Source: Eledone cirrhosa
Lineage: Eukaryota
Assembly (NCBI GenBank): GCA_964016885.1
Contig: OZ024745.1
Location: 128,092,001 to 128,156,000 of the forward strand
Length of the DNA: 64,000 bases
Direction of reading: 5' to 3'
Positions 24,823 through 38,272 of this stretch are shown one piece after another. The notes beneath the pieces were generated by a model that was given only the letters and a program-made list of their open reading frames with translations, had not been told where the DNA came from and ran no database searches. The number at the start of each line of letters is the position of its first letter. Within the stretch, counting starts at the first letter, position 1. Both the position numbers and the translations under genes were made by a program.

Positions 24823-26905
24823 AATAATTGTTTCTAATTTTGGCACAAGGCCAGCAATTATCCCAGTGCATTACTGGTACTTTATTTTATCGACCCCGTA
24901 AAGATGAAAGGCAAACTTAAACTCATCAGAATTTGAACTCAGACAGTAAAGGGCCATAACTCTGTGCTGCAAAGCATGGAATCCGACCCTCTACCTATTC
25001 TGCCAATCCACCACCAATACTAGGAACAATGATTTCTAGTATATGCATAAGGCCAGTCATTTAGGGGGAAGGGAATGTCGATTAAATCGACCCCAGCACG
25101 TTACTGGTACTTTATTTTATCGACCCGTAAGGATGAAAAGCAAATTTGACCTCGGCGGTATTTAAACTCAGACTGTAAAGGGCGGTAACTCTATGCTGCA
25201 AAGCATGGCGTCCGACCCTCTAGCGATACTGCCAATCCACCGCCAATAACAGGAATAATTAAAAGAAAACGTTAATTGAAATGTTAGCTACATTGCACAC
25301 TAAGCTGGACATTATAATTGTTGAACTGTTCTCTACCAGAATATACCTTATTCAGTTAATCCAAAGTTATTTTGCTGCGTAATGTAAACCGACCATTCAA
25401 TCGGTCATCAAACCTATCGATTTCAAATGTTATCAACACATTTGTTTTAATCAAAGAAATTAATCACTTCATTTAACATTATTAGTACACATTCAAATCC
25501 CGTCGAGGTTAACTTTGCCTTTCATCCTTACAGGGTCAATAAAATAAAGTACCAGTAATACACTGGGTAGGTATTTGCTGGCCTTGTGCCAAAAATAGAA
25601 ACAATTATTATTACACATTAGTACATATAAACTACCAGTAACACACTAAGGTCGATTTAACCGGCTCTCCACCGCCACCCCACCCCCCAAATAAACGGGA
25701 AAAAATTGTTGGCTTTGTGCCTAAATCAGAAAGCATTATCAGTGCACCAGTAATGCACTAGGGTTATTGCTGGCCTTGTGCCAAAAGTAGAAACAATTAT
25801 TAGTACATATTTTATCGATCCAATATTGTAACCATCTCTGCAGGTGGATATATACATAGCTATATTACCATGGCGGGATTTAAACAAACGACTTAGTGAA
25901 ACATTATTAAATGTGAGAAGGAACTTTGTCAAGTACCGTATTTCCCGGCGCCGAAGACGCTTCGTCCTCGAGGATGTCCCCGAATTTTGACAAGCAATAA
26001 TTTGAAAAATAATAATTGTTTCTACTTTTGGCACAAGACCAGCAGTTATCCCAGTGTATTACTGGTACTTTATTTTATCGACCCCGTTAGGATGAAAGAC
26101 AAAGTTAACTTCGGCGGGATTTGAAATCAGACCATAAAGAGCCATAACTCTTTGCTGCAAAGCATGGCGATCGACCCTCTACCAATACTGCCAATCCACC
26201 GCCCTTTAAAATAATAATTGTTTCTACTTTTGGCACAAGGCCAGCAATTACCCAGTGCATTACTGGTACTTTATTTTATCGACCTCGTAAGGATGAAAGG
26301 CAAAGAACCTCGGCAAGGGCCATAACTATGCGTCAAAGCATAGCATCCGATCTTCTACCGATACTGCCAATCCACCGCCCTTTAAAATAATAATAATGAA
26401 GAACCTTCGGCCTCCAGAACGCATGGTAGATTTCTGAGACTTATTTTAGGAAAAAAGTAGCATCTTCGACGCCCTAATATTGGTTTCTGATTTAGGGACA
26501 AGGCCAACAATTTTGGGGGAGGGAAAACTCCATTAAATTGACTCCAGTGCATTACCGGTACATTATTTTATTGACCATGAAAGGATGAAAAACAAAGTTT
26601 ACCTCGGCAGGATTTGACCTCAGATCCTAAAGCATGTTCTCCGACGCTTCAACAATACTGCCAATGCACCGCCCTACCTCGGCCTAATATCGCTTTCTGA
26701 TTTAGGCACAAGGCCAACAATTTTGAGGGAGGGGAAAGTCGATTAAATCGACCTAGTTTATTACTGGTACTTAATTTTATTGACTCTGTAAGGATTAAAG
26801 GCAAAGCTAATCTCGGCAGGATTTGTACTCAGATCATAAAGGGGCATAACTCTATGCATTAAAGCATGTTATCCGACCTTCACCGATACTGCCAATCCGC
26901 CGCAA
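24823..26905. mobile_element. Dense SINE cluster in both orientations (minus 24823-25248; plus 25492-25800; minus 26010-26385 and 26478-26905)
   Basis: About 8-9 copies or fragments of the family consensus, both subtypes. Confidence 0.85.
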
Positions 26906-27211
26906 GTCCTCAGCCTAATATTAAGCATATACTACACTTTTTTAATGATTTTTGGAAATTATCTTAACAGATAGCTTTTACATACATTTCACAGCTCCCT
27001 AATTTCCACTTTATAATTTTTCATTTTGGTGTATTTCAAAGTTGCAGCTGTGGAAAGATTTTTAACATATATTTCCTGTATTTCTTTGTAAAAATAACAT
27101 AGGTTGGTGGCAGGAAAAGGTCCCGGATACACATGTTTCAGCTGAATTCCACCACCCATAGTGCACTGGAGACACATTGCAAGGATTAATAGTTATTCTA
27201 ACAAATAACGT

Positions 27212-27695
27212 TTGTGGTTTCTCTTGTTGTTGTTGTTGGTGTTGGTGTTATTGTTGTTGAATGGTGGTGGTGGTGGCGGTGGTGGTGGTGGTGTTATTGT
27301 TGGTGGTGATGGTGGTGGTGTTGGTGGTGGTGGTGTTATTGTTGGTGGTGATGGTGGTGGTGTTATTGTAGGTGGTGATGGTGGTGGTGTTATTGTTGGT
27401 GGTGGTGGTGTTATTGTTGGTGGTGTTATTGTTGTTGTTGTTGGTGGTGTTGTTGTTGTTGTTGTTTGTGGTTTCTCTTGTTGTGGTTTCTCTTGTTGTT
27501 GTTGGTGTTGGTGTTATTGTTGGTGGTGGTGTTGGTGGTGTTGGTGGTGTTATTGTTGTTGTTGGTGGTGGTGTTGTTGTTGGTGGTGGTGTTGTTGTTG
27601 TTGTTGTTTGTGGTTTCTCTTGTGGTTTCTCTTGTTGTTGTTGTTGGTGTTGGTGTTATTGTTGGTGGTGGTGTTGGTCGCGGTGGTGGTGGTGG

Positions 27696-27732
<37 letters not shown>

Positions 27733-27773
27733 GTTATTGTTGGTGGTGGTGTTGGTCGCGGTGGTGGTGGTGG

Positions 27774-27808
<35 letters not shown>

Positions 27809-28890
27809 TTATTGTTGGTGGTGGTACTGGTGGGGGTGGGGTGGTAGTAGTGGTGACGATATTGGTGGTGGTGGGGGTGGGGGTGGTAGTAGTGGTGGCG
27901 ATGTTGGTGGTGGTATTGGTGGGGGTGGTTGTGGTAGTAGTGGTGGCGATGTTGGTGGTGGTGGAGGTGTTGGTGTTGGGGTGGTGACGATGTTGGTGGT
28001 GGCGATGTTGGTGGTGGTGGTAGTCGTAGTGGTAGTAGTGGTGGTGACGTTGGTGGTGGTGGTGATAGTGATAGTAGTGGTGGTCGTAGTGGTAGTAGTG
28101 TTGACGCTGTTGGTGGTGGTGGTGCTAGTGGTTGTGGTGGTGGTGGTGGTGCTAGTGGTGGTGGTGGTGGTGGTGGTGATAGTGGTGGTGGTGGTGGTGG
28201 GGTGGGGGTGGTGGGGGTGGTGGCGATGTTTGTGGGGGGAAGTAGAGATGTTGGTGGTGGTGGTGGTGGTGATAGTGGTGGTGGTGGTGGTGATAGTGGT
28301 GGTGGTGGTGGTGGGGTGGTGGGGCTCGTGGCGATGTTTGTGGGGGGAAGTAGAGATGTTGGTGGTGGTGCTAGTGGTGGTGGTGGTGATAGTGGTGGTG
28401 GTGGTGGTGATAGTGGTGGTGGTGGTGGTGGTGATAGTGGTTGTGTTGGTGGTGGGGATGGTGGGGATGATTGTGGTGGTGGCGATGTTTGTGGGGGAAG
28501 TAGAGATGTTGGTGGTGGTGGTGGTGATAGTGGTTGTGTTGGTGGTGGGGTGGTGGGGCTCGTGGCGATGTTTGTGGGGGGAAGTAGAGGTGGTGGTGGT
28601 GGTGCTAATGGTGGTGGTGATGGTGATGGTGGTGGTGGTGGTGGTGGTGATAGTGGTTGTGTTGGTGGTGGGGGTGGTGGGGATGATTGTGGTGGTGGCG
28701 ATGTTTGTGGGGGAAGTAGAGGTAGTGGTGATGATGGCGGTGGTGGTGGTGGTAGCGGTGGTGGTATTAATAGTGGTCATGGCCGCAGCGGCGGCGGTGG
28801 CGGCGTTGGTGTTGGTGTTGGTGGTGGTGGTGGTGATATATATGTTTTGTTGTTATTGTTATTGTAATTGTGGTTGTGGTCGTCGTTGTT
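27212..28890. repeat. Degenerate (GGT/GTT)n satellite of 1.7 kb with higher-order units
   Basis: Triplet low-complexity tract. ggcgatgtttgtggggg(g)aagtagag recurs at about 28222, 28330, 28481, 28564 and 28697, and tgtggtttctcttg recurs five times in the first 420 bp. Confidence 0.95.
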
Positions 28891-29199
28891 AATGTTGTGA
28901 TTAGTGACGACGTTTTCTGAGGTATTTTCACCATTATATTTAAATAGAAGAGAGGAAGTCTGGTAAAACGATTGTATAATCTAAAGGTCGGGTGTTTCCG
29001 GAAGTTTCCTGAATCTTTATTTAAACAGAAGATAAGAAAACACTTGTGTAATGTCATTATCAAACTTTATCCATTCACCATTTCTCATTTGTGACCAGCA
29101 TTCTACCCGTGTACTATGAAATGTTAGCAATATATCTGTTGATCTGTCGATCTGTCGATCTATCGATCTATTCTTAGTTCAGGATTTTCATTCTCAGTT

Positions 29200-29780
29200 A
29201 CTTATCTCCTTCCTCTTTATCTCACACCTCCTCTCTCTTCTTTCCCATTCGCTCTCTATTCTCTATCTTTAGTTCTCTTCCTCTCTCTTTCCCTTTCTCT
29301 TTCATCCTCCTCCTCTCTCTCTCTCTTTCTCTTTCTCTCTCTCTTTCTCTCCCTTTCTGTCTTTCTGTCTTTCTCTTTCTCTATCTCTCTCGCTCTTTCT
29401 TTTTCTCTCCCTCTCCCTTTCTTTCTCTCTCTCTCTCCCTCACTCTTTCACTTTCTCTCTCTTTATCTTTATCTTTCTCTATCTCCCTCTCTTTCTCTCT
29501 CTCTCTCTCTTTCTATTTCAATTTCTCTCTCCCTCTCTCTCTCTCTTCTCTTTCTTTCTATTTCTTTTTTCTCTCCCTCTCTCATTTGCCCTCCCTCTCT
29601 ATCTCCCTCTCTTTCTTTTCCTCTCCTCTCTCTCTCTTCTCTTTATTTCTATTTCTTTTTTCTCTCCCTCTCTCATTTGCCCTCCCTCTCTATCTCCCTC
29701 TCTTACTCTTTCTCTCTCTATTTCTCTCTCCTTCCATTCTCCCCTCTCCTCCCTCTCTCTCTTCTACATTCTCTCTCCTA
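29200..29780. repeat. Polypyrimidine (CT-rich) tract
   Basis: Almost exclusively C/T on the plus strand, with an internal duplication. Confidence 0.95.
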
Positions 29781-31029
29781 TGTTATATTATATTGCTTGA
29801 TATAGTACTATTGTTGGTTGTTACTGTTATAGCTACAACGGTACTTTTTCACTCTATGGACATTACACTAATTGTTTTGAAAGTTCATCCACAAAACATT
29901 TGTCAAAAACTCAGAGTACTTCATTCACCTCCGTCAACATGTTACTGTACATCTCTTTATCCCTTCCATCTCTCTCTCCGGCTCTCTTTCTTTGTTATCT
30001 CAGTGATAGTGCAACTCAGATTTATGATTTTCGTTCTACTGTCTGGTAACACACGACGTGACAGAAACTCTATACTTTTCATTCATAAAACTCTCGGCAA
30101 TTATTGTATTTTATTCCCCAGTACAATCTCTCCATGGGCAGTGCTGAACAGTTTGCTTTATTTTGTCCCATTTCTAATAAGACTCAATGACGTCATAAGG
30201 TGGGACTAAATCTTAATATTATACTGCCTCTGGTAATATACGTGACAGAAAGTCAGAACCAAATACTAGCCGTTGCCGGCGATAGATTAGCATAATTTAA
30301 TAAATGTAGGGGTGGAATAAAAGTGGAGAGGGGTGATGTGGTAAATTCTGAAAAATTAATAAGCGAGTATGGCGGGCATGATTATTCGAAACTCTAAACT
30401 GCGTAACAATTTCTTTGCTAATTGGTCGTCAAATTCTTGAGAAAATCCGCTTCAACATCATTGGAAACCACATGAGGAGTTTACTTCGGCACCTGCCAAC
30501 AACTAAATGTTGATCCTCGTTTAATAGTTTTATATTATTTTACATCATATCTGAATATAAATTAATTGTCTTATGAAATATGTTTTTATATGCATTATTG
30601 TCTTATTGGGATGCTGCAAAATAAATCTTTTAGATAACAGTCGTTAGCCAGAGCAAATTATCTAGTAGAATTATGAAAGGGATTAAGTAAATCACTATAG
30701 CGTATAAAGATTATTCAATTATGTGTATTAAAGCGTTTCTAGATTTGTTTGAAAAACAGATTTAAGCTTATAATCTCTATAAAGGGCATGCGGAAAGCAT
30801 AACCCTTGCTTTAAAGTGGCAAGTCTTTCTTTTCAATTAGTAGACTGGGTATTTGTTTCGGTGATAGAAATCGTATATTACACGCGACCGGGAAAACAAA
30901 ATCGCTGCCCCATGAGATATCAAAAATACATTTATTTTAGATTAGAAAATATCATTATACACTAAGATCCATATCTGTTGAGCATCTGCATTACCTAGCT
31001 TGTTGTGTATTGTGAAATCGTGGACATTT

Positions 31030-31660
31030 CACCATAGATATTTCGATATATTGTAAGTCTTTGAAGAGGTTTGGCTTCGGGAATTCCAGAACAATCGTGA
31101 TTTCCATAATCGACGTATTTGATTTTGCCAACCGACTATTAACCGAATCACTGAAAAGCAGCATGTGCGATGGTATGGTAAGATAAATAGTGTCGATCCT
31201 TTGTCGATGCTATACAAACTTTTTACACCTCAAATTCAATCGTTGAAACAGACAAAAATAATCTGAAAAAAATAGAGAGAGACTAGCAATATCCATTCAG
31301 GAATGTACAGTACTGGATAATGGTGAAACACCATCTGCATGTATGATGAGCAGCTAAGTAAAGAAAATAGATGAAATGGAAAAGTCTTAAAACACATTCT
31401 CCTCCATGGGTACATGATGGAAACAGTGATGATGATAATGTTCATGGTGAAAAATATGCGGTTCGGGCAACCACGTCTCCTTATTTCGTCCAACTCTCCT
31501 CTTACCTTCTTGAACGTTAGAACGAAAATCTTCTTCCAATCAGTCAATCAACGATGAATAAAAATTCCGAATTCTTTTCACAAGACGAAATACTCCTGGT
31601 GTTGACGAAGTCAGTGTATGGAGTTCTAATCGCCATTTATCCTAAGAAACCCGACTACGT
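31030..31660. pseudogene. Possible highly decayed Tc1/mariner transposase fragments
   Basis: Weak similarity only. The plus strand at about 31060-31170 gives DFHNRRI*FC. The minus strand at about 31440-31600 resembles the region around the first catalytic Asp. Confidence 0.3.
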
Positions 31661-32359
31661 AAATATCGCCATCCTTTGTTTGTTTGACTTGCAAGTTAAG
31701 AGTTATAACAATGGTTTAAAAAAAACCCACGATAGATTGTCTTATACAGGATTAATTAATTCCTTTTTACAGTTGTTGTTGTTTTGTGATCAAAAGATTT
31801 TCAGTCGAGAAATATCCATTCCGCCTTTTTCCCGACTACATTATCAAATGTGTCCTATTTATTTATTCATTTATTCATTTCACTCTAGTTCAAATGAAAT
31901 CAAAGGGGTAAAGGAAATGCCGACAACTATTATAATTATCAACAACAACAAAGGCAGTACCAACGACAACAACGCCACCAGCAACAACAAAAACGTGAAC
32001 TTCAATGTCAGCAAAAAGGACAACAATAACAACATATACGGATAGATATATTTAGAATGTTCTTTTCGAAATATGTAGTATTTGTTCTTGAACAAGGAAC
32101 AGCCGTATATTTTCAGGCATTTTACATCCGTGGATATCTTTCTTGTGGATGGCATATACTGTAGTGTGTTCTCCAGTACAAAGATTAGAAATGTTTTGTG
32201 TGTATAGGAGCTGGTTCTGGGGCATATTGTTTGAAGGTGATGGAAGGAACATTGTCAAAGAAGGTGGCCTAGGTGGCTAGAAGCGATCTGAGGTTATTTT
32301 GTACTTGGTCTGTACTTTTGTGCTTGGTTCGAAAATATTATATAAAAATTAGATTTTGT

Positions 32360-32500
32360 TATGCTTTGACGCATAATTCCATTCTGAGTTCAAATCCCGC
32401 CGAGGTCAACTTTGCCTTTCATCTTTACGGGGTCGATAAAATAAAGTACCAGTAATGTACTGGGTAAATGCTGGCCTTGTACCAAAAGTAGAAACAGTTA
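32360..32500 (+). mobile_element. SINE copy, 5'-truncated
   Basis: B-box, core and tail match the family. Confidence 0.85.
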
Positions 32501-33359
32501 TTAGTATATGAACTTTGAAAATAAAGAATAACGTAATTCTGGACGTATCCCTGAAAAATACACAAAAATATCAATGGTAAACGTCTTAAAAAAACTTGTT
32601 TCGAAAAATTATGGCAGTAAATATTATGAAAATAAATTAATATATTTACTTTAGACATATCTTTGAAACCTAGTATGTCTTGTTGGGGGAGGTGTTTAAG
32701 TGTCTTATTTCCTCAGAACATTGGCTTTCGGCACCAGCTATTCGGGGTTCGAATCTTCTAACAAAGAAGAGTTTTGATATTTTTTACTAGAACTGAAGAA
32801 GCAAGCAGTGCATAGTTATATACCTGAAAATATCTAAGTAACAACATTATGATCTAATAATTTTCTCACTTTTTCAAATACACTAAAATACGTTAAAGTG
32901 TTCTAAAATGAGAAAGTTACAGAAAGACAGAGAGAAAAGACAGACTATGTTTGAATGTGTGGTTCTGTAGGTATTTCTAAGTGAATCTTGTTAGGTGTGA
33001 AATGTAGCTCCAACAAACAAACATTTAAGTGTATTGTTACTGGTATTTATATAATTGATTTCCCGACAGAATTAAATCTAGTGTGGCTACCGGTATCATT
33101 TAAACTAAGAAACACGAGAATAACCACCCTATTTAGCACAAAGAACTACGCCTACGGGGCTTTATCCTTCTACCTATTGCACTTGGTAGCTATTTCTGAA
33201 ACTACAAAAGCCCCCAACAGAGCTATTAATTAATAAATTTACCTGCTTTCATGACATTTGTAAACATCGATATAGAATAGACAATTGTAATATTTGTAAT
33301 GTCTAGTAAAATGATACAAACAGTTTTAAAATTCTATTTCATTTCACTGTCATATTTGA

Positions 33360-33960
33360 TGGATTACCTCATTGTCTGAATAGATGAGTGATACAGCCAG
33401 AGAAAGGAGAGTGGACCATGAGCAAGAAAGAATATGACAAGCGACAGTTGGCGAGACAGTCTTTTAATATAACAACAAAGACAACAAAAACAACACCAAT
33501 AACAACAACGCTAACAGTAATAATAATAAAAATATGAATTTCTATGTGCAGAAAAAAAGCTATGAATATTGTATCACGAATGAGATGGGAGTACTAAAGA
33601 ACGATAATGTAGAGTTCTTATGGCACTTCCCAATTCAGACGGAGATGAAAATTGAACACAGCAAACTAGATATTGTTGAAATTGAGAAGGAAATGAACTG
33701 TACACCCATAAATCCCGCGAGTCCTTTTGAAGAAGAAACTAGGGGTATTATCACCGAATTATAATATGGGATCTTGAAATGCTAGAGTAATGTTGTAAAG
33801 ACAGTCGCCATCGTCCCAGCGGTGGTTGGTGCTCTTGGAATAGTGATATAAACCTTGTAACCTACCTGTCGAAAATAGAATTTACACCAGTGATTGAACC
33901 GCTCCAGAGATCATAACTACTGGGTAAAGCCCGAATATCGAGAAACGTTCTAGACTGCCA
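33360..33960 (+). pseudogene. Decayed restriction-like-endonuclease non-LTR element (R4/Dong-like) 3' end
   Basis: VLKNDNVEFLWHFPIQTEMKIEHSKLDIV (compare W-D-F-x-I-Q-T-D..PDIV) and IVPAVVGALG. Confidence 0.7.
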
Positions 33961-33974
33961 GAACCTTTGTTAAT

Positions 33975-35060
33975 ATTCTTTTTGTTATAGTCACCAGGCA
34001 ATAAAAACTTGATTGTCTTTCTTGACGAATGGAAAGTGGCAAAGCAAACTTTACAATAGATTTGACTGATATCCCTATCCATGCTACACTTGACAATAGC
34101 TGTCCGACGGCATTACTCCACACATCATCAATGTTTGAATATGGAAATAATGGGTGCCTGACGGTTTCATCGTCCTACGTATATTTTGTATAGGTCCAGC
34201 TGATCATACTTCTGTGTCCGTAGAATTTATCCAGAACTTTCAGTGACCACCACTCATCCGTTAGCATCTTCAGTCTAGTTTTCTTTTAGTTTTTTATTTG
34301 GAAGGTTTTTAAATTCCTGCGCTAAATCTGCTCCAGGAGGTTCTCCTTTATTTCTCTTCTTCAACCTCAAGAATCTCCCTGAGAATATCGTTCTTCATGC
34401 CTACAAACGTTCCTTTATAGAATATAAGGGTTGACTTTTAACAAAATGCTTTGCGCAACTGGTAGAATACTGTGAGTTCTAAACAATGTTCTGGATACCA
34501 AGCACCTAATCGCAATCTTCAAGGACAAGAGTTCGTTCAAATAGACGAGTTGTGTGAAACGGTCACCACACCAGTTCACTGTTAATGATCCTCTATAGCT
34601 GTCGCTGGCTTAGTGCATTTTTCATCACAGCCCTTAGCCCAATCCACAGAAACTGTTGAAAGCAGTTGTACCATCTTTTCCACATAGGTAAAATTTGCAG
34701 TCTGGCTAGACCCGAACTGTAGTGTCAAGTAGTACATTATAATAGAGGCGATGTAGACATTTCCACCTCTTCCCGACCTTTAAGGAAAAGCTACCTCTTG
34801 GCCAATTTCTGGATGGGATTGCCAATTCAGTTCGTAACCTCATTCCAGTTCTTATCTACATGGATGTTTAACTCGGACTAGACCCCAAATCGCTTGACTA
34901 AAACTTCAGTCAAGCGACCTTTGCTTTTGCAAGCTCACTGACATATCCTCCTTAAGGCGTGTTCTTATATGGTATCCAATACTTCAATTCCTGCTGCGTC
35001 CAACACCATCACCATGCCGTCATTTACCTATGCCAACCAGCTCTCCCATATTTCAGTTCG
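33975..35060 (-). pseudogene. Decayed 3' part of ORF2 from the same Tx1-like lineage
   Basis: Minus-strand translation gives VDKNWNEVTN*IGNPIQKLAKR*LFLKGREEV (intact copy: VDKNWDEVTSRIANLTQKWAERKLSLKGRAEV) and DETVRHPL...QLLSSV..SIVK (intact: DETVLHAL...QLLSRV..SIVK). Many stops and frameshifts. Confidence 0.85.
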
Positions 35061-36163
35061 AATATCTTTAGGGGTATATATTTAAAGTTTTACAATTACT
35101 GTTCATACAGATCGATAAAAATATAAGATATTGTATACTCTTTTCAAAACCTTCTATTCTTCCATACTATTTTTTTCCCTTTCATTTTGTTTTCTTTGTT
35201 GTTGTTTCATATACAAGAACTATTTGCTTGTGAATGTTTGCTTGTAAATATTTGCTTGTAACAATACAACGTTCTCCCCTTTCAATTCATTTCATTATTT
35301 TCTTCTTCCTCAATTTTTCTCTTTTATATTCCTTCTCCTATTTTACAATTTTGTTCTCGATTTTCTTTTACACTTAAATATATTTTTCCTTTACATACAT
35401 TTTTTCATATGGTTATTATTTTCTTTTCGTTTTCAAAACCAGTATCTGATCATTTTAAGACTCGTTTTTGTTCTTGTTATTTTATTTTATTCACTTTACT
35501 CATCTTTCGTCCTTTTATCTAGACTTTCTCGTATCTTCTTTTTTTTCTTCTAATTTTCCATTTTTCCAAATTTCATTTCTTATCTCATGTTCATAATAGC
35601 ACATTATACCTATTGTACCATCACTATGTCTATAGAATTCCAACAACCAATTAAGTACGAAACTATTTTCAAATATTTTGCAACATTTAAACATCATAAG
35701 TAATCGCAGGCATATAACTGTATAGTCATTGCTAAATCTGTTACGACCAATTGCTCTATCAAAGGATGACTCTTGGCGTAATAGCGACGTTTCAGATACG
35801 ATGAAATCTGATCTTGCTCTAGGCTTGCCTGTAGTGATTTTTATAATGTTTGTAATTTTTGTGATTTTATAATGTTGTGATTTATATAATGTTTGCATAC
35901 ACTCCTTCCTTGTATTTGGTGTATATATGCAAACAAACATACACACAGATACGAATACAATCAGATATGGCCATACTCACTCTTCTGTATTCTCTCACCT
36001 TGACACATATAATCAAACATATATCATATATTTAACTTCAAAACAGGATTCGAGTATTTGGTGATAATTGTAGAAGTAATTTCTATACTAAATTTTGTTG
36101 TATATATTCTACTAATGTATTGAGTAGAATACTTACTCTGGTTACTCTCGATTGAACCTGAAA

Positions 36164-36246
<83 letters not shown>

Positions 36247-36402
36247 GTATATATATGTATGTATGTATATATATTGGTGTGTGTGTGTGTGTGTGTATGT
36301 GTGTGTGTATATTTTGATTATACTTTTATGTGTATACCCTGTCAACCACGTTTCTGCTCCCCTGTCATTTTGTGTCTGTATATATACATAAATATATATA
36401 CG

Positions 36403-36433
<31 letters not shown>

Positions 36434-36491
36434 TCACACATATATATATATATATATATACATTCACACATATATATATATATATATATAT

Positions 36492-36710
36492 ATTAAAATA
36501 ACAGATTAAAGATTAAGCAAAGAATCGCTGCTTTCACCCTTAACGGGATCTTCTGAAACTCAAGGATTAACGGTGAAAGCAGCGGTTCTTTGCTTAATCT
36601 TTAATCTGTTATTTTAATAAATATTTGCTCTAGGGTACTTATATATTTGATATATATTTATCCTTATCGAGCCCTCTTTGAATTTTAGTCTTCACAATTA
36701 TTATTATTAC
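36492..36710 (+). mobile_element. TA-embedded fold-back element, family C (fragments at 14071-14120, 38947-39050, 46770-46790, 49987-50090)
   Basis: 47-bp inverted arms (36492-36538 / 36572-36618) starting ggtGAAAgcagcg. ATCGAGCCCT at 36666. Confidence 0.8.
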
Positions 36711-37901
36711 TATATATATAAATTAATAAAAACAAAGAACAAGTTCCTTATATTAAACAATTCATCATTTTACGATCGTTTCTAGGATATATATGTGTGT
36801 TGGTATGTATATCATATAGATCTATGTAAAAATATTACAAACTATCAGAGGAAATATACATACCTTCACATATATATGCTGTCTTCAGAAATAATGAGAT
36901 TTGTTTATTGAAAAAAAAAAAAAAAAAAAAAAAATTTAATATAATAGGTCTGTTTGGGAACAGGTTTTGAATTGACCAATAGAAAAGTAGTAAGAGGTCA
37001 AGTTGATAGAATAGTAGTAGTAGAAATTTAATTTAGGGGTAGAGGAATGCAGACTTAAGTTTTGAATGGAAAGAATACTTTGAATTAAAAGAATACTTTG
37101 GGGAGGAAAAGAGGTCAAGCCGGTGAAGAGTACACGAAAATTTGATGTTATTAAAGAATAATGTAAATGTTAAAACCGAAGGAGAGTAAAATTTTAGTGA
37201 GAAATACCAATCTTATTTAAAACATAAGGAATTTAGATCTATAACAAGAAATTAAATTAATTGATAGGTATACTTATAGGGATAAATTTATATTAATTCA
37301 TGTGGATGTGATAAATAATAATTAGATGTTATTAAAGAATGTTGTTAAACACGAAGGAAAATAAAATTTTGGGATAAGTGTAGTAGTGAGAAATACCAAT
37401 CTTATATAGACTACAGGAATCTAGATTCATAACAGGAAATTAAATTAATTTATATGTATACTTTTAGGTATTAATTTTAGGAAAAGAGAGCTGTAAGAGG
37501 GAAATAAAATTATGAAGTTCTCTGTAGTAAAGTATTAATTATAGGTTAACTAAATTAAAAAACTAATTATAATAATATGTAAAATATAAGTGTAAGGTGT
37601 ATATTAATTAGGTTTATAATATTTGAGAGTTCTTCTAATTCTATGATTGCAAGATATAATTAATTCTTGTCGCTTATTTAATAGGATATCCTTAAATTTC
37701 ATTATTTCAAAACGTTCATGGGAGCATAATCTACACTCATATCTGTTATTTTGATAATTTGACTAACTTCCCTGATAGAAACAAAAGAAATTGCCCATTT
37801 GCCCATTAAAGGTAAATTGTCTTATTAATAACATAGTATATAAATGTAAAATTAGCACTAAGGACTCAACTGTATATATGTGTGTGTGCACATGCGCACA
37901 C

Positions 37902-38014
<113 letters not shown>

Positions 38015-38026
38015 AACACACACACT

Positions 38027-38069
<43 letters not shown>

Positions 38070-38071
<2 letters not shown>

Positions 38072-38272
38072 CGAAAGAAATGTGGTAAGGAACCAGGTGG
38101 ACCATAACGCACCAAAGTACTCAATACTTAGGGTAGTAGAGTGGGTAATAGGAACGAGTAGAACCCCGACGGCTGAGCTCAAGCCGTATCGACGGCTAAT
38201 TCTGGACTAAAATTTTAGTCCAGAATTAGCCGTCGAAACGGCTTGAGCTCAGCCGTCGGGGTCCTACTCGTT

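Noticed and set aside
25844-25912. Plus-strand 69-nt exon-like segment (VDIYIAILPWRDLNKRLSETLLN) with AG/GT ends
   Set aside because: Contains ggcgggatttaaac and follows tattttatcgatcc, both SINE-derived motifs, so probably a decayed SINE.
27212-28892. Long ORFs (506, 323, 221 aa) rich in Val, Gly or Thr, resembling mucin or glycine-rich proteins
   Set aside because: Open in several frames and on both strands because (GGT)n lacks stops. No non-repetitive coding context.
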